Virus record (IMG/VR): IMGVR_UViG_3300032269_000111
Span: 1-25,949 of that record
DNA from: a virus
Taxonomy: Duplodnaviria > Caudoviricetes
Reading direction: 5' to 3' (one strand)
DNA length: 25,949 nt
The translations under genes were made by a program, and so were the position numbers. The notes beneath the pieces are model-generated. The model made no database searches and had not been told where the DNA came from. It was given only the letters and a program-made list of their open reading frames with translations. Shown here piece by piece: positions 1-7,306 of this stretch (its first letter is position 1; each line of letters opens with the position of its first letter).

Positions 1-361
1 CAACACTGCCTGTGGCACTTACCCCTGTAACTTCTCTACCAACGTTAACCGACCCCACACTGCCTGTTACGCTTATCCCTGCTAGTGCCCTACCAACCCC
101 AACGGAACCCACACTACCTGTGGCACTCACTCCTGTAAGCGATATACCAACCCCAACTGAACCCGCGCTACCTGTTGCTTCTATTCCCGTGATTGATCTA
201 CCAACTCCAAGCAACCCAACACTACCGGTTGCACTTATTCCTGTGAGTGCTACACCAATATTAAGTTGTCCAACACTGCCTGTTGCACTAACTCCAGAGA
301 GCGCTGCGGTTAAACTTCCGGTAATTGTTCCAACTGCGCCCGTGGCTGAAACACCTGTGAG
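1..361 (-). repeat. Degenerate 54-bp (18-aa) tandem coding repeat
   Basis: Recurrent cac(a/t)(a/g)cctgt(g/t)gcact units at a period of about 54 bp; they encode the TGVSATGSVG repeats. Confidence 0.8.
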
Positions 362-424
362 CGCCGCTTGTTGACCGCCCCAAGTATTATCACCCCAAGC
401 GCCTGCGCCCCATGCTGTGGACAT
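1..424 (-). CDS. Repetitive Gly/Ser/Thr/Val-rich virion (tail/fibre-type) protein; runs off the left edge
   Basis: Not in the ORF track. ATG at 424 reads MSTAWGAGAWGDNTWGGQQAALTGVSATGAVG... and stays open to base 1, with about 7 copies of an 18-aa unit (L/I/V)TG(V/I)SATGSVGxxxVGxx. Same strand as the whole structural operon. Confidence 0.8.
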   Translation of the reverse strand, partial: MSTAWGAGAWGDNTWGGQQAALTGVSATGAVGTITGSLTAALSGVSATGSVGQLNIGVALTGISATGSVGLLGVGRSITGIEATGSAGSVGVGISLTGVSATGSVGSVGVGRALAGISVTGSVGSVNVGREVTGVSATGSV

Positions 425-434
425 GACTTACCAA

Positions 435-902
435 TTACGCAATCCGCAACAATCCAGTAGTCGCATCATTAGTGGGCATAGTCAGTGAAAACGTACCAGC
501 AGTCACCGTCTGCGCTGTAAAAGTAAATACAGCCACAGCGTTCTTACCTGAGTTTGTATTGTTATACAAAAGCATGGCATCAAAAGAAGTTGATAAAGTA
601 ACTGTTGTATACGTAATACTTGCCGAAGGTGTTAAGTAAGCTGTAGTTGTGGTATTGGCTGGAGCCGTACCAAACGTAACTGTAACACCGCCAGCGGTAT
701 ATCCTGTACCAGACACTTCAGTTACTGCGCCCGTGTAAGACGTTGTAGTGGTTCCCAGTGAACTTGCCGCCGTATACAAAGCCGCTTTAAACACATCAGC
801 CGTAGCCGCAGTGTGTGCTGGTATGCCTGTAGCGTTAAAAGCGTGAACCGCATTGAACAAGTCAACCTTGAACGAGTTGGTCATACATTGTGTATTTGCC
901 AT
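435..902 (-). CDS. Putative tail/structural protein, paralog of 1094..1513
   Basis: SFKxxLxxxxH...FKAALYT...EVSGTGYTAGG...TFSLTMP motifs shared with the neighbour; Thr/Ala-rich beta-type sequence; AAGGA SD. Confidence 0.7.
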   Translation of the reverse strand: MANTQCMTNSFKVDLFNAVHAFNATGIPAHTAATADVFKAALYTAASSLGTTTTSYTGAVTEVSGTGYTAGGVTVTFGTAPANTTTTAYLTPSASITYTTVTLSTSFDAMLLYNNTNSGKNAVAVFTFTAQTVTAGTFSLTMPTNDATTGLLRIA

Positions 903-911
903 GATTTTTCC

Positions 912-1097
912 TTAAAATTCAGCGGTTTCGCCAAAACTAACAACTGCACGTTTTAATTGAACGTGCGCCGAACGGTGAACTAATTCACCCTCTAACCAAT
1001 ACTCCACCCATGTGGTTGTTTCATTGTCATTATCGATGGTTCCTTCACGCTTTTCAAGCAATGATTCGTCCATATCACCTTTGGTTGTGGTAATCAA
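912..1097 (-). CDS. Small hypothetical phage protein (61 aa)
   Basis: TTG start overlaps the upstream TGA; fills the gap between two paralogous genes. Confidence 0.65.
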   Translation of the reverse strand: MITTTKGDMDESLLEKREGTIDNDNETTTWVEYWLEGELVHRSAHVQLKRAVVSFGETAEF

Positions 1098-1513
1098 TTT
1101 GAACTCCTGATAAGAGCCGCCGTAGCGGTGTTTGCTGGCATTGTGATTGTAAATGTACTGGTAGATGTTTTGTCAGACCCAAAGTCCAAAACAGCAACGG
1201 ATTTGTTACCTTGGCTGGAGTTATAGATCAGGGCACACCTTGCTGTTAATGCAGCAGTCCACGATATGTTTGGGAAGCCAACATATGCTGTGTATCCAGA
1301 GGTGTTGACTGTAATTGGTGTTAGTGTTGCACCACCAAGCGAATACGTGCCCGTGGCTGCTACTTCACCATTTGAGCTGTAAACGGTTGTTGTCTCGTTT
1401 AAATTAGCGGAGGCTGTGTACAGGGCGATCTTGATGACATCCGTAGTCAAGTCGTGTATGCCTTGATAAAGCTCCGCTTTAAACGATGTGGTTTGAGTTT
1501 GAACAATAGACAT
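1094..1513 (-). CDS. Putative tail/structural protein, paralog of 435..902
   Basis: SFKAELYQGIHD...IKIALYT...ALIYNSS..NKSVAVLDFG..TFTITMP. Confidence 0.7.
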   Translation of the reverse strand: MSIVQTQTTSFKAELYQGIHDLTTDVIKIALYTASANLNETTTVYSSNGEVAATGTYSLGGATLTPITVNTSGYTAYVGFPNISWTAALTARCALIYNSSQGNKSVAVLDFGSDKTSTSTFTITMPANTATAALIRSSN

Positions 1514-1514
1514 A

Positions 1515-2174
1515 TCAAGTCACCACTTGTCTAGATTGTCCAGAACGATAAGCATCTTGACGCTCCATACCATCGCCCAAACGTTTTGCAAGTGCAAGAG
1601 CTTCCATGTACTTCTGGTTGTACAACGACATCATGTCGGCTTCGCCCTTCATGTAGGTATAAGCCTCAACCAAAGATGCGTACAACAACACCGTGTCAAA
1701 GTTGTCTCCCAGCCAAGAAGTGTAGGGAGAAACGGAAATGCTTGGCGGATAAAAATAGTAGTGCAGTTCAGAACTGTACGACGCATCTGGCGTTGGGCCA
1801 AGAATGAAAGTTAGCTCTGCCACGTTATCCGAGCGTGGGCCAAACAAAGCATAGTACTTAGGAAGCCCCGTGTCTGTTGGTAATGGGTACGCTTGGCGGA
1901 TAAAGTTAACGTCTTTGTTTAGCAGATATTCATACTCACCATTGGCTTTAACAACAGCTAGTGAGTACGTTGCTAAGAAATCTGTGGGGCACTGCAAGTA
2001 TTTATTACTTGTAGTCATTGACCCCGTCACGTTCTTGCGAATAGAGGGGAACTGTACTGAATTGTAAATACGCTGCTCAGCCTGTGTAACAAACACGGGG
2101 ATATTAGCCACGAAATCTGTTTCCGTGTTCTCCGTGTACGCTTGGATCGCGTTACTGAGTTCAGTGTAATTCAT
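1515..2174 (-). CDS. Putative head-tail adaptor / tail tubular-like protein
   Basis: MNYTELSNAIQAY start, G.PKYYA, GPTPD..Y..ELHYY and helical LLYASLVEAY..MKG C-terminus; late-operon position. Confidence 0.6.
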   Translation of the reverse strand: MNYTELSNAIQAYTENTETDFVANIPVFVTQAEQRIYNSVQFPSIRKNVTGSMTTSNKYLQCPTDFLATYSLAVVKANGEYEYLLNKDVNFIRQAYPLPTDTGLPKYYALFGPRSDNVAELTFILGPTPDASYSSELHYYFYPPSISVSPYTSWLGDNFDTVLLYASLVEAYTYMKGEADMMSLYNQKYMEALALAKRLGDGMERQDAYRSGQSRQVVT

Positions 2175-2177
2175 GTT

Positions 2178-2444
2178 TTAGGCTAGAGGCCCTCTAGACA
2201 TTAAGCCTTTGGTAGCCGCGCCAGTACCACGCATTTTGATACCGTCGGTTTTGATAGGTTCATCACCAGCGGATTTGCTGATATTTCCAATACTCATGTT
2301 GACTGTATCGGCTTTGCTGCGGTTTGGCATTTTGCCGGGATTGGGTTCAATACCTACAGCCTTACCAGACATATCATGTGGCGCAGCGTAAACAGCAGCA
2401 TTACCAACTTCTTTGCCCATGCGCTTATCGCTAAATTTAGCCAT
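2178..2444 (-). CDS. Small basic protein with C-terminal RGTGAATKG motif
   Basis: Tightly packed ORF; GAAAGG SD; motif related to the RADGxAxKG tails of upstream genes. Confidence 0.7.
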   Translation of the reverse strand: MAKFSDKRMGKEVGNAAVYAAPHDMSGKAVGIEPNPGKMPNRSKADTVNMSIGNISKSAGDEPIKTDGIKMRGTGAATKGLMSRGPLA

Positions 2445-2446
2445 GA

Positions 2447-2680
2447 TTAACCTTTCATGCCGGTTTTTTGATTGGCTACTTTAGCCATACCGCGACCCAT
2501 GCTCATCATGTCGTCATTGGTTTTACCGCCTTTGTGCATTTTAGCAACGCCGCCTTTTTTGAGTGTGAGCTTAGTGCCTACACCGCCTTGATGCTCTTGT
2601 TTGTCATGCTGTTTGAATGCTTTTTTGATTAAAGCAACATCTTGCTTTTTATCCATTGCATCTGATTCCATTTTTGCCAT
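2447..2680 (-). CDS. Small Lys/Met-rich protein with two xxGG motifs (LKKGG, MHKGG)
   Basis: AGGAG SD; tightly packed ORF. Confidence 0.75.
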   Translation of the reverse strand: MAKMESDAMDKKQDVALIKKAFKQHDKQEHQGGVGTKLTLKKGGVAKMHKGGKTNDDMMSMGRGMAKVANQKTGMKG

Positions 2681-2688
2681 GCTAACTC

Positions 2689-3078
2689 CTAAGTTACGCT
2701 TACCGTTACTGTACCAACAATTGTCGTTGCCACCAAGTAGTTTGGTGTCAGCGCTGCATCAAAACTGGACGAACCACCAACTGGATTCCAGCCCCACTGG
2801 ATGTCTCGTGAACCACCAGTCGAATTGCCTGCTGTGTTTACACCCGCTGTGTAGTAGGTTGTGTCCGTACGTGGATTCCTCAGAGCCTGCGGATCGTCCA
2901 CTGGGTACATTCCCAACTGCAACTGAGGGTGATCTGGATCCCAACAGGGCGGACAAACCAACAAGTTGTAGTTCTTAGTCTTGATGATCTCAGTCTTAAG
3001 AACCTTTAACTTGAACCGCTGACCACAGCGGTCACACTGAGCAATTGCGTTCTTGCCAGAAGCAAAACGATTAGCCAC
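2689..3078 (-). CDS. Putative Zn-binding protein (CDRC...CPPC)
   Basis: Two CxxC pairs followed by WDPDHPQL; GGAGG SD before a GTG start. Confidence 0.75.
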   Translation of the reverse strand: MANRFASGKNAIAQCDRCGQRFKLKVLKTEIIKTKNYNLLVCPPCWDPDHPQLQLGMYPVDDPQALRNPRTDTTYYTAGVNTAGNSTGGSRDIQWGWNPVGGSSSFDAALTPNYLVATTIVGTVTVSVT

Positions 3079-3080
3079 GA

Positions 3081-4025
3081 CTACCTCCCAATGTAGGTCT
3101 GTCTAGGAACCAAACGTAATGCTGCCTTCTCATGATCTTCATATGCAGCAAGCTCCCACGCCTCGTCATACTGGGACTTAAGGAATGGGATGCGCTCTGC
3201 GCCAGTTGGAATTTTTGCGGCGATGTAGTACGACAGGCCAGCCGCCATACAAGGGATGAACCTGAAAGGTACGTCCATGATGTTGACACCGCCGCCTGCG
3301 TCTTGGGTGCGTCGCAGACGCCAATATACAAATTGATAGGTCTGTACATTGTCTGGGGTAGGCCAAACGGTGAACGCGGGGACTTGCTGCCAATAGACGG
3401 TAGCCGCAGAGGTGTGTGCCGCTGCAATTGTGTTTTGTTGACCACGGAAACAGTTATTCAAAGTCCCAGATACAGCGTTTGTATTCTGCGTGATGTAACT
3501 GTAATTGATAATTTCGTTATCAATCTTTACAAACCCAGATGCGGGTAAACCCGTAACATCACTCAACACAATAGATGTACTCGTAGACGTAATTGTTGTA
3601 GTTAACGTAGCGGATATAGGGCTAGTCTGCCCGTTATAGCGCTGAATCCAAACTTGAATAGGTCTGGCCTGTTGAATTTTGTTGGGGATAGTAGCGTAGG
3701 TAGAAACGCTAATTCTAGTGATACTCAGATCAGCCTGAGTTGAGGCTACGTTGCCACCAGTACGGATAACGTGCTCAAGTAAATCAATGGTGTCGTCCGG
3801 TAGGGCATAAGTGTTTTGTCCCTGAACCAGAGTAATCGTGCCGGTTTCAATTGTCCACAAGTTGATGCCACGGTTCGCCCAGTCAGCAAACATGATGTTT
3901 AAACTGCGTCGGGCTGTGCGAAGATCATATCCGGTGCGAAGCTCACCGCCAGCGCGTTCAAACGCCTCCTCGACCAACTCAGTTAGGTCTAGGTTAAACG
4001 ACGATGCGCCGGAAGTATTTGCCAT
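3081..4025 (-). CDS. Putative head-tail connector/adaptor with an inserted beta-rich domain
   Basis: ELVEEAFERAG, ARRSLN.MFADWANRG.NLWT, WPTPD..Y and helical C-terminus; central insert LPASGFVKIDNEII.Y...CFRGQQNTIAAAH. Confidence 0.65.
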   Translation of the reverse strand: MANTSGASSFNLDLTELVEEAFERAGGELRTGYDLRTARRSLNIMFADWANRGINLWTIETGTITLVQGQNTYALPDDTIDLLEHVIRTGGNVASTQADLSITRISVSTYATIPNKIQQARPIQVWIQRYNGQTSPISATLTTTITSTSTSIVLSDVTGLPASGFVKIDNEIINYSYITQNTNAVSGTLNNCFRGQQNTIAAAHTSAATVYWQQVPAFTVWPTPDNVQTYQFVYWRLRRTQDAGGGVNIMDVPFRFIPCMAAGLSYYIAAKIPTGAERIPFLKSQYDEAWELAAYEDHEKAALRLVPRQTYIGR

Positions 4026-4261
4026 TATCTAAATCCTGCCGTTTTCTTTGCAATTATTTTAGGTTGAGCTACGAATTGCTTCCCTTTAGCTTTTCCAGCA
4101 CGTTTTGCACGTGTTGTCGCAGCGTACTCAGAAGAGCTGAGACTTTTAATCGCAGCTTTTGGAAGATATCTTTCACCAGTGTCAGAAGATTTTTTACCAC
4201 TTTTAGTTGTCCAATCTTGTTTACCCCAATCCTTTAGGGATTTTTGAGGTGTTTTAATCAC
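4025..4261 (-). CDS. Small basic protein, C-terminal half of a DUF5872-like domain
   Basis: GTG at 4261 overlaps the end of the upstream gene. QKSLKDW.KQDW.TK...RYLPK.A...K.KGKQFVAQP resembles DUF5872 as recalled. The track start at 4414 is probably too long. Confidence 0.7.
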   Translation of the reverse strand: MIKTPQKSLKDWGKQDWTTKSGKKSSDTGERYLPKAAIKSLSSSEYAATTRAKRAGKAKGKQFVAQPKIIAKKTAGFR

Positions 4262-5069
4262 GATAACCGCCACCCGCCGCTTTGTATTTCTTAGCCACCA
4301 ATTGAGCTTTGCGGGCTGACCATTGACCCGCCCCAGTTCCCTGCGTTGCTGCTGCTTTGACCTGAGACACAATGCGCTTACGCAATTCAGGCTTAGTGTA
4401 ATTGCCAGCAGCATTTACTCCGCCGCCCTCTTTCATGTAACCCATTTTGTTGCGCACTTCTGCAGGAAGCTTTGAGAGTCCAACATTGTCTTCTGGAACT
4501 TCTTTCAGTTCTCCGCCAGCAGCCATTTTCTTTGGTTTCTTTCCAGCCGCCTTCATCGCAATAGCGGTAGCAGCCTGTTTTGCAGAACCGCCATTTTTAA
4601 AAGTTTTGTTTAAAGCAACCATGAAGCGCTTGTCCAATGGTGATTTACTCATTGATGCGCCAAAAGTTGTGTCTTTGTCAAGGTTGCGGGTATATTCAGC
4701 CTTGACGCGATCCAAAGCAGCTTTTGTTCCTTGCCCACGCGCTCTGACTGCGGCAAGATCAGCACTGACATTAAGCTTAGACTGATCATCCAAAGGAATG
4801 TCGCCCGAAATGTTAGCGCCTACACGCTTGTAGTTTTTGTCTATGACAGCATGGGTTGGTTTAACGCTTAAACCATCATCTTTTGCGGGTTGGAGATTAA
4901 AATTTAAAGGTTCTTCTTTGACTTCGCTGCCTTCTTCTCCGCTGTACTTCTTGACCTTGCCGCCTTTTTTGTACATGGCGACTTTATTCGGATCATCCGT
5001 GCGGGTGATCTCCTTCTTACCGGGCATCTTTGACGGGTTTATGGCCCCCATGCCACGAGAAGCCATCAT
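4254..5069 (-). CDS. Modular xxGG-punctuated protein: basic leader, beta-barrel-like module, basic linkers, N-half of a DUF5872-like domain
   Basis: ATG at 5069 in ATGA overlap with the upstream stop; motifs YKKGG, FKNGG, MAAGG, MKEGG; ends YTKPELRKRI...GQWSARKAQLVAKKYKAAGGGYRD. Confidence 0.8.
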   Translation of the reverse strand: MMASRGMGAINPSKMPGKKEITRTDDPNKVAMYKKGGKVKKYSGEEGSEVKEEPLNFNLQPAKDDGLSVKPTHAVIDKNYKRVGANISGDIPLDDQSKLNVSADLAAVRARGQGTKAALDRVKAEYTRNLDKDTTFGASMSKSPLDKRFMVALNKTFKNGGSAKQAATAIAMKAAGKKPKKMAAGGELKEVPEDNVGLSKLPAEVRNKMGYMKEGGGVNAAGNYTKPELRKRIVSQVKAAATQGTGAGQWSARKAQLVAKKYKAAGGGYRD

Positions 5070-5569
5070 TTTTTGTACATCCCGCCGCCGCACATAACAA
5101 TAGTGCCTTTGGTTTTTCCGCGTTGAGCGCAACCATCGCCGCGCAATGATGCAGTCATACCGCCTTTTTTCATGCCTGCACCAGCAACACCCGTTGGATT
5201 TGAGCTATCCATATTTACAGGGCCGCTCATATCTTCATATTCATCAGAATTTTTAGACTTTTCATTTGCAACAGCGTCTTTGCCGCTTAAAGATTTGGCT
5301 GCTGCGCCTGCGCCTGCCGCACCTGCGGATCTCACAGCCATTCTGTTAATGGCGCGGTCTTCAGCTAATTCAACCGAACGCTTTGCTGCACCCCTTGCCT
5401 TTGTAGGTGGCGAGGTCAACTTTCTGAGATCGTCCATCACGCTGGCATTGCCTCTAAAAGAAGGCATATTGCTGTACTTAGTGCCGCTAACACTTGCGCC
5501 ACCACCGCCAGTATCTCTGCCTTCAAGAGGTGTTAAATCATCACCGCGTCTAGAATTGCTTGAGGCCAT
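5066..5569 (-). CDS. Low-complexity protein with MKKGG...RGDGCAQRGKTKG tail (candidate internal virion protein)
   Basis: ATG at 5569 just after the upstream TAA; shared C-terminal motif. Confidence 0.75.
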   Translation of the reverse strand: MASSNSRRGDDLTPLEGRDTGGGGASVSGTKYSNMPSFRGNASVMDDLRKLTSPPTKARGAAKRSVELAEDRAINRMAVRSAGAAGAGAAAKSLSGKDAVANEKSKNSDEYEDMSGPVNMDSSNPTGVAGAGMKKGGMTASLRGDGCAQRGKTKGTIVMCGGGMYKK

Positions 5570-5571
5570 GA

Positions 5572-6315
5572 TTAACAAATCCTTCCGCGTGTTTTGCCTT
5601 TGGTAGCAATACCATCTGCGCGTTTAGACGCAGATGACGTCATGCCGCCTGAAGCCATTTTTTTGACGGATCCGCCTTTTTTCATGCCTTGGCTTTCGCG
5701 ATACTCTCTTGGCGATTTAATCGTACTTGCGTAATCTCCGATAGCCCTAGGCACAGACATAAAAGCATCCGCTATAGCTTGACGATTTGCCATCTTTTCT
5801 TCATCAGTGGCATTTGGCGAATAATTTGTAGAAACTTTGGGTGCGCTTTTAAGTCTACTGCCAGCCTTTGCCAACATATCGTTTTGCGCATCAGACATAC
5901 CTGTAACATCTCTGCCAGCCTTTGCCAACATATCGTTTTGCGCATCAGACATACGTTTTGCTGAGAGTTTTAAGGAAGGCTTTGCGGCAGTCTTCTGTCT
6001 AGACCCGCCCATCACTGCAAGCGGATATGCATTTGCGGTTGTGTTATCCGCGCTAGTATCAGCACTTGAATCAGCACTTGAGCCAGATCTAAGAATTGCG
6101 TTTAAAACACCAGCATTGGTGTCATTAACTGCGTTTTGCCCGGGAGACATATTGCTGTTTACACGAGCCAATGTATCGCTATCATCAGACATCCTGCTGA
6201 CTCTGTTGGCGTTAGCCAATGCATCGTTGTCGCTTTGCCCTTGATTTTTCTGGGAAAGTTGATATCCCAAAGCGCCAAGTGCTGCCAACCCAGCCAAATC
6301 TTTAAGTTTTGCCAT
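5572..6315 (-). CDS. Ala/Ser-rich protein with hydrophobic N-terminus and MKKGG..MASGG..RADGIATKGKTRG tail (candidate ejection/pilot protein)
   Basis: LAGLAALGALGY N-terminal segment, AGGGG SD, shared tail motif. Confidence 0.75.
   Translation of the reverse strand: MAKLKDLAGLAALGALGYQLSQKNQGQSDNDALANANRVSRMSDDSDTLARVNSNMSPGQNAVNDTNAGVLNAILRSGSSADSSADTSADNTTANAYPLAVMGGSRQKTAAKPSLKLSAKRMSDAQNDMLAKAGRDVTGMSDAQNDMLAKAGSRLKSAPKVSTNYSPNATDEEKMANRQAIADAFMSVPRAIGDYASTIKSPREYRESQGMKKGGSVKKMASGGMTSSASKRADGIATKGKTRGRIC
5858..5954. repeat. Perfect 43-bp direct repeat x2, 54-bp period (5858-5900, 5912-5954)
   Basis: ctgccagcctttgccaacatatcgttttgcgcatcagacatac occurs twice; encodes MSDAQNDMLAKAG x2. Confidence 0.95.
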
Positions 6316-6329
6316 TTTTAACCCCTAGA

Positions 6330-6860
6330 TTAACAATATGCTTTGCCGCCCTTAGCGAGCATTTTGCCCTTGGTCTTGCCTTTAGTGGCAACACCGTCAG
6401 CACGAGCGGAAGCTGAACCGCCAGAAGCCATCTTCTTAGCAGCGCCACCTTTTTTCATCATCATTTGCTTTTTGTCCATAGCCATGTCAGCCTTAGAGCC
6501 TTCTTTCATGCCCTTCTTCTCAACATCTTTGCCAGACTTTTCAAAAGCAGCCATGCTCATTCCGCCTTTTTTCATGCCGTCTTTTTTCTTAGCCATCATT
6601 GCCATAAAGCCGGGGTTCATTTTTGTTGCCATACTGCCACCTTTTTTAAAGAGTTCCTGCTTACCTTGATTGGTTTTAGGATTGTTGATTGACTGGGAAT
6701 CTGCGCGTGTTTTAGGTGCGCTACCAAACTTCATGCCTTTACTGGCCTCGCTAAAGTCTTTGCCTACAGCCGTAGATACTCCAACTTTCTTTGCAAATGC
6801 TGGGTTATGGGCCACGGCATCCATAAAGGTCTTTTGTTTTTTACTTGTTGCTGGCATCAT
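6330..6860 (-). CDS. Lys/Met-rich basic protein with five xxGG motifs and RADGVATKGKTKG tail
   Basis: Likely start at ATG 6860 or 6857 (MMPATSKKQK), overlapping the upstream gene end; motifs FKKGG, MKKGG x2, MASGG, LAKGG. Confidence 0.8.
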   Translation of the reverse strand: MMPATSKKQKTFMDAVAHNPAFAKKVGVSTAVGKDFSEASKGMKFGSAPKTRADSQSINNPKTNQGKQELFKKGGSMATKMNPGFMAMMAKKKDGMKKGGMSMAAFEKSGKDVEKKGMKEGSKADMAMDKKQMMMKKGGAAKKMASGGSASARADGVATKGKTKGKMLAKGGKAYC

Positions 6861-7047
6861 CGTCTTTCTTTTTACGAAACAACGTATAAAACTCTTTGCC
6901 TGTAGCCATTTCGTAAATACGCATGACACCCACAACCGCGCCGATTAAACCAAACAAAGGCGTGATTAAATCCAAAAAAGTACCAAGCGTGGTAAACACT
7001 GCTACGAGGTCTAACGCGTTTTTTACGGTGTCTGTTTGTTCAGCCAT
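6841..7047 (-). CDS. Small membrane protein, holin-like
   Basis: One or two hydrophobic segments followed by a charged tail FRKKKDDD. Confidence 0.55.
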   Translation of the reverse strand: MAEQTDTVKNALDLVAVFTTLGTFLDLITPLFGLIGAVVGVMRIYEMATGKEFYTLFRKKKDDDASNK

Positions 7048-7048
7048 G

Positions 7049-7306
7049 TCAGCACTTCCATCTTGCTAAAGAAGCCGCCTTACGGGTAGGCTTACCTTTT
7101 TCATCTTTCATTGGGCCGGGCATACCAGACATACGAGCGCAGAATGACTTCTTACGTGGGCCGCCTTCAGGCTGTGGAGCTTTCAAGTTGCTTCCTGTTG
7201 CTGCGTTGTACTTGGCACGACCTTTGGCAGTCAAGCCCGCACCCTTAGATACTGGAAGCTTTTCACCGCGACCAACAGCTAGAGAGGGGCCTTTTTTCTT
7301 AGCCAT
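7049..7306 (-). CDS. Basic protein, DUF6321-like
   Basis: GLTAKGRAKYNAATGSNLKAP...RKKSFCARMSG...RWKC; ATG at 7306 overlaps the upstream gene end. Family name from memory. Confidence 0.7.
   Translation of the reverse strand: MAKKKGPSLAVGRGEKLPVSKGAGLTAKGRAKYNAATGSNLKAPQPEGGPRKKSFCARMSGMPGPMKDEKGKPTRKAASLARWKC

Noticed and set aside
12-374. Plus-strand Pro/Thr-rich 120-aa ORF
   Set aside because: Antisense shadow of the real minus-strand repeat gene starting at 424.
5858-5954. Possible CRISPR mini-array
   Set aside because: Only two repeats, 11-bp spacer, in frame within a CDS, no cas genes.
5572-6860. KKGG motif as mimic of the ribosomal protein L27 N-terminus or a ubiquitin-like C-terminal GG
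   Set aside because: Similarity is limited to 4-5 low-complexity residues; no RNGRDS continuation, no beta-grasp domain and no E1/E2 enzymes in the window.
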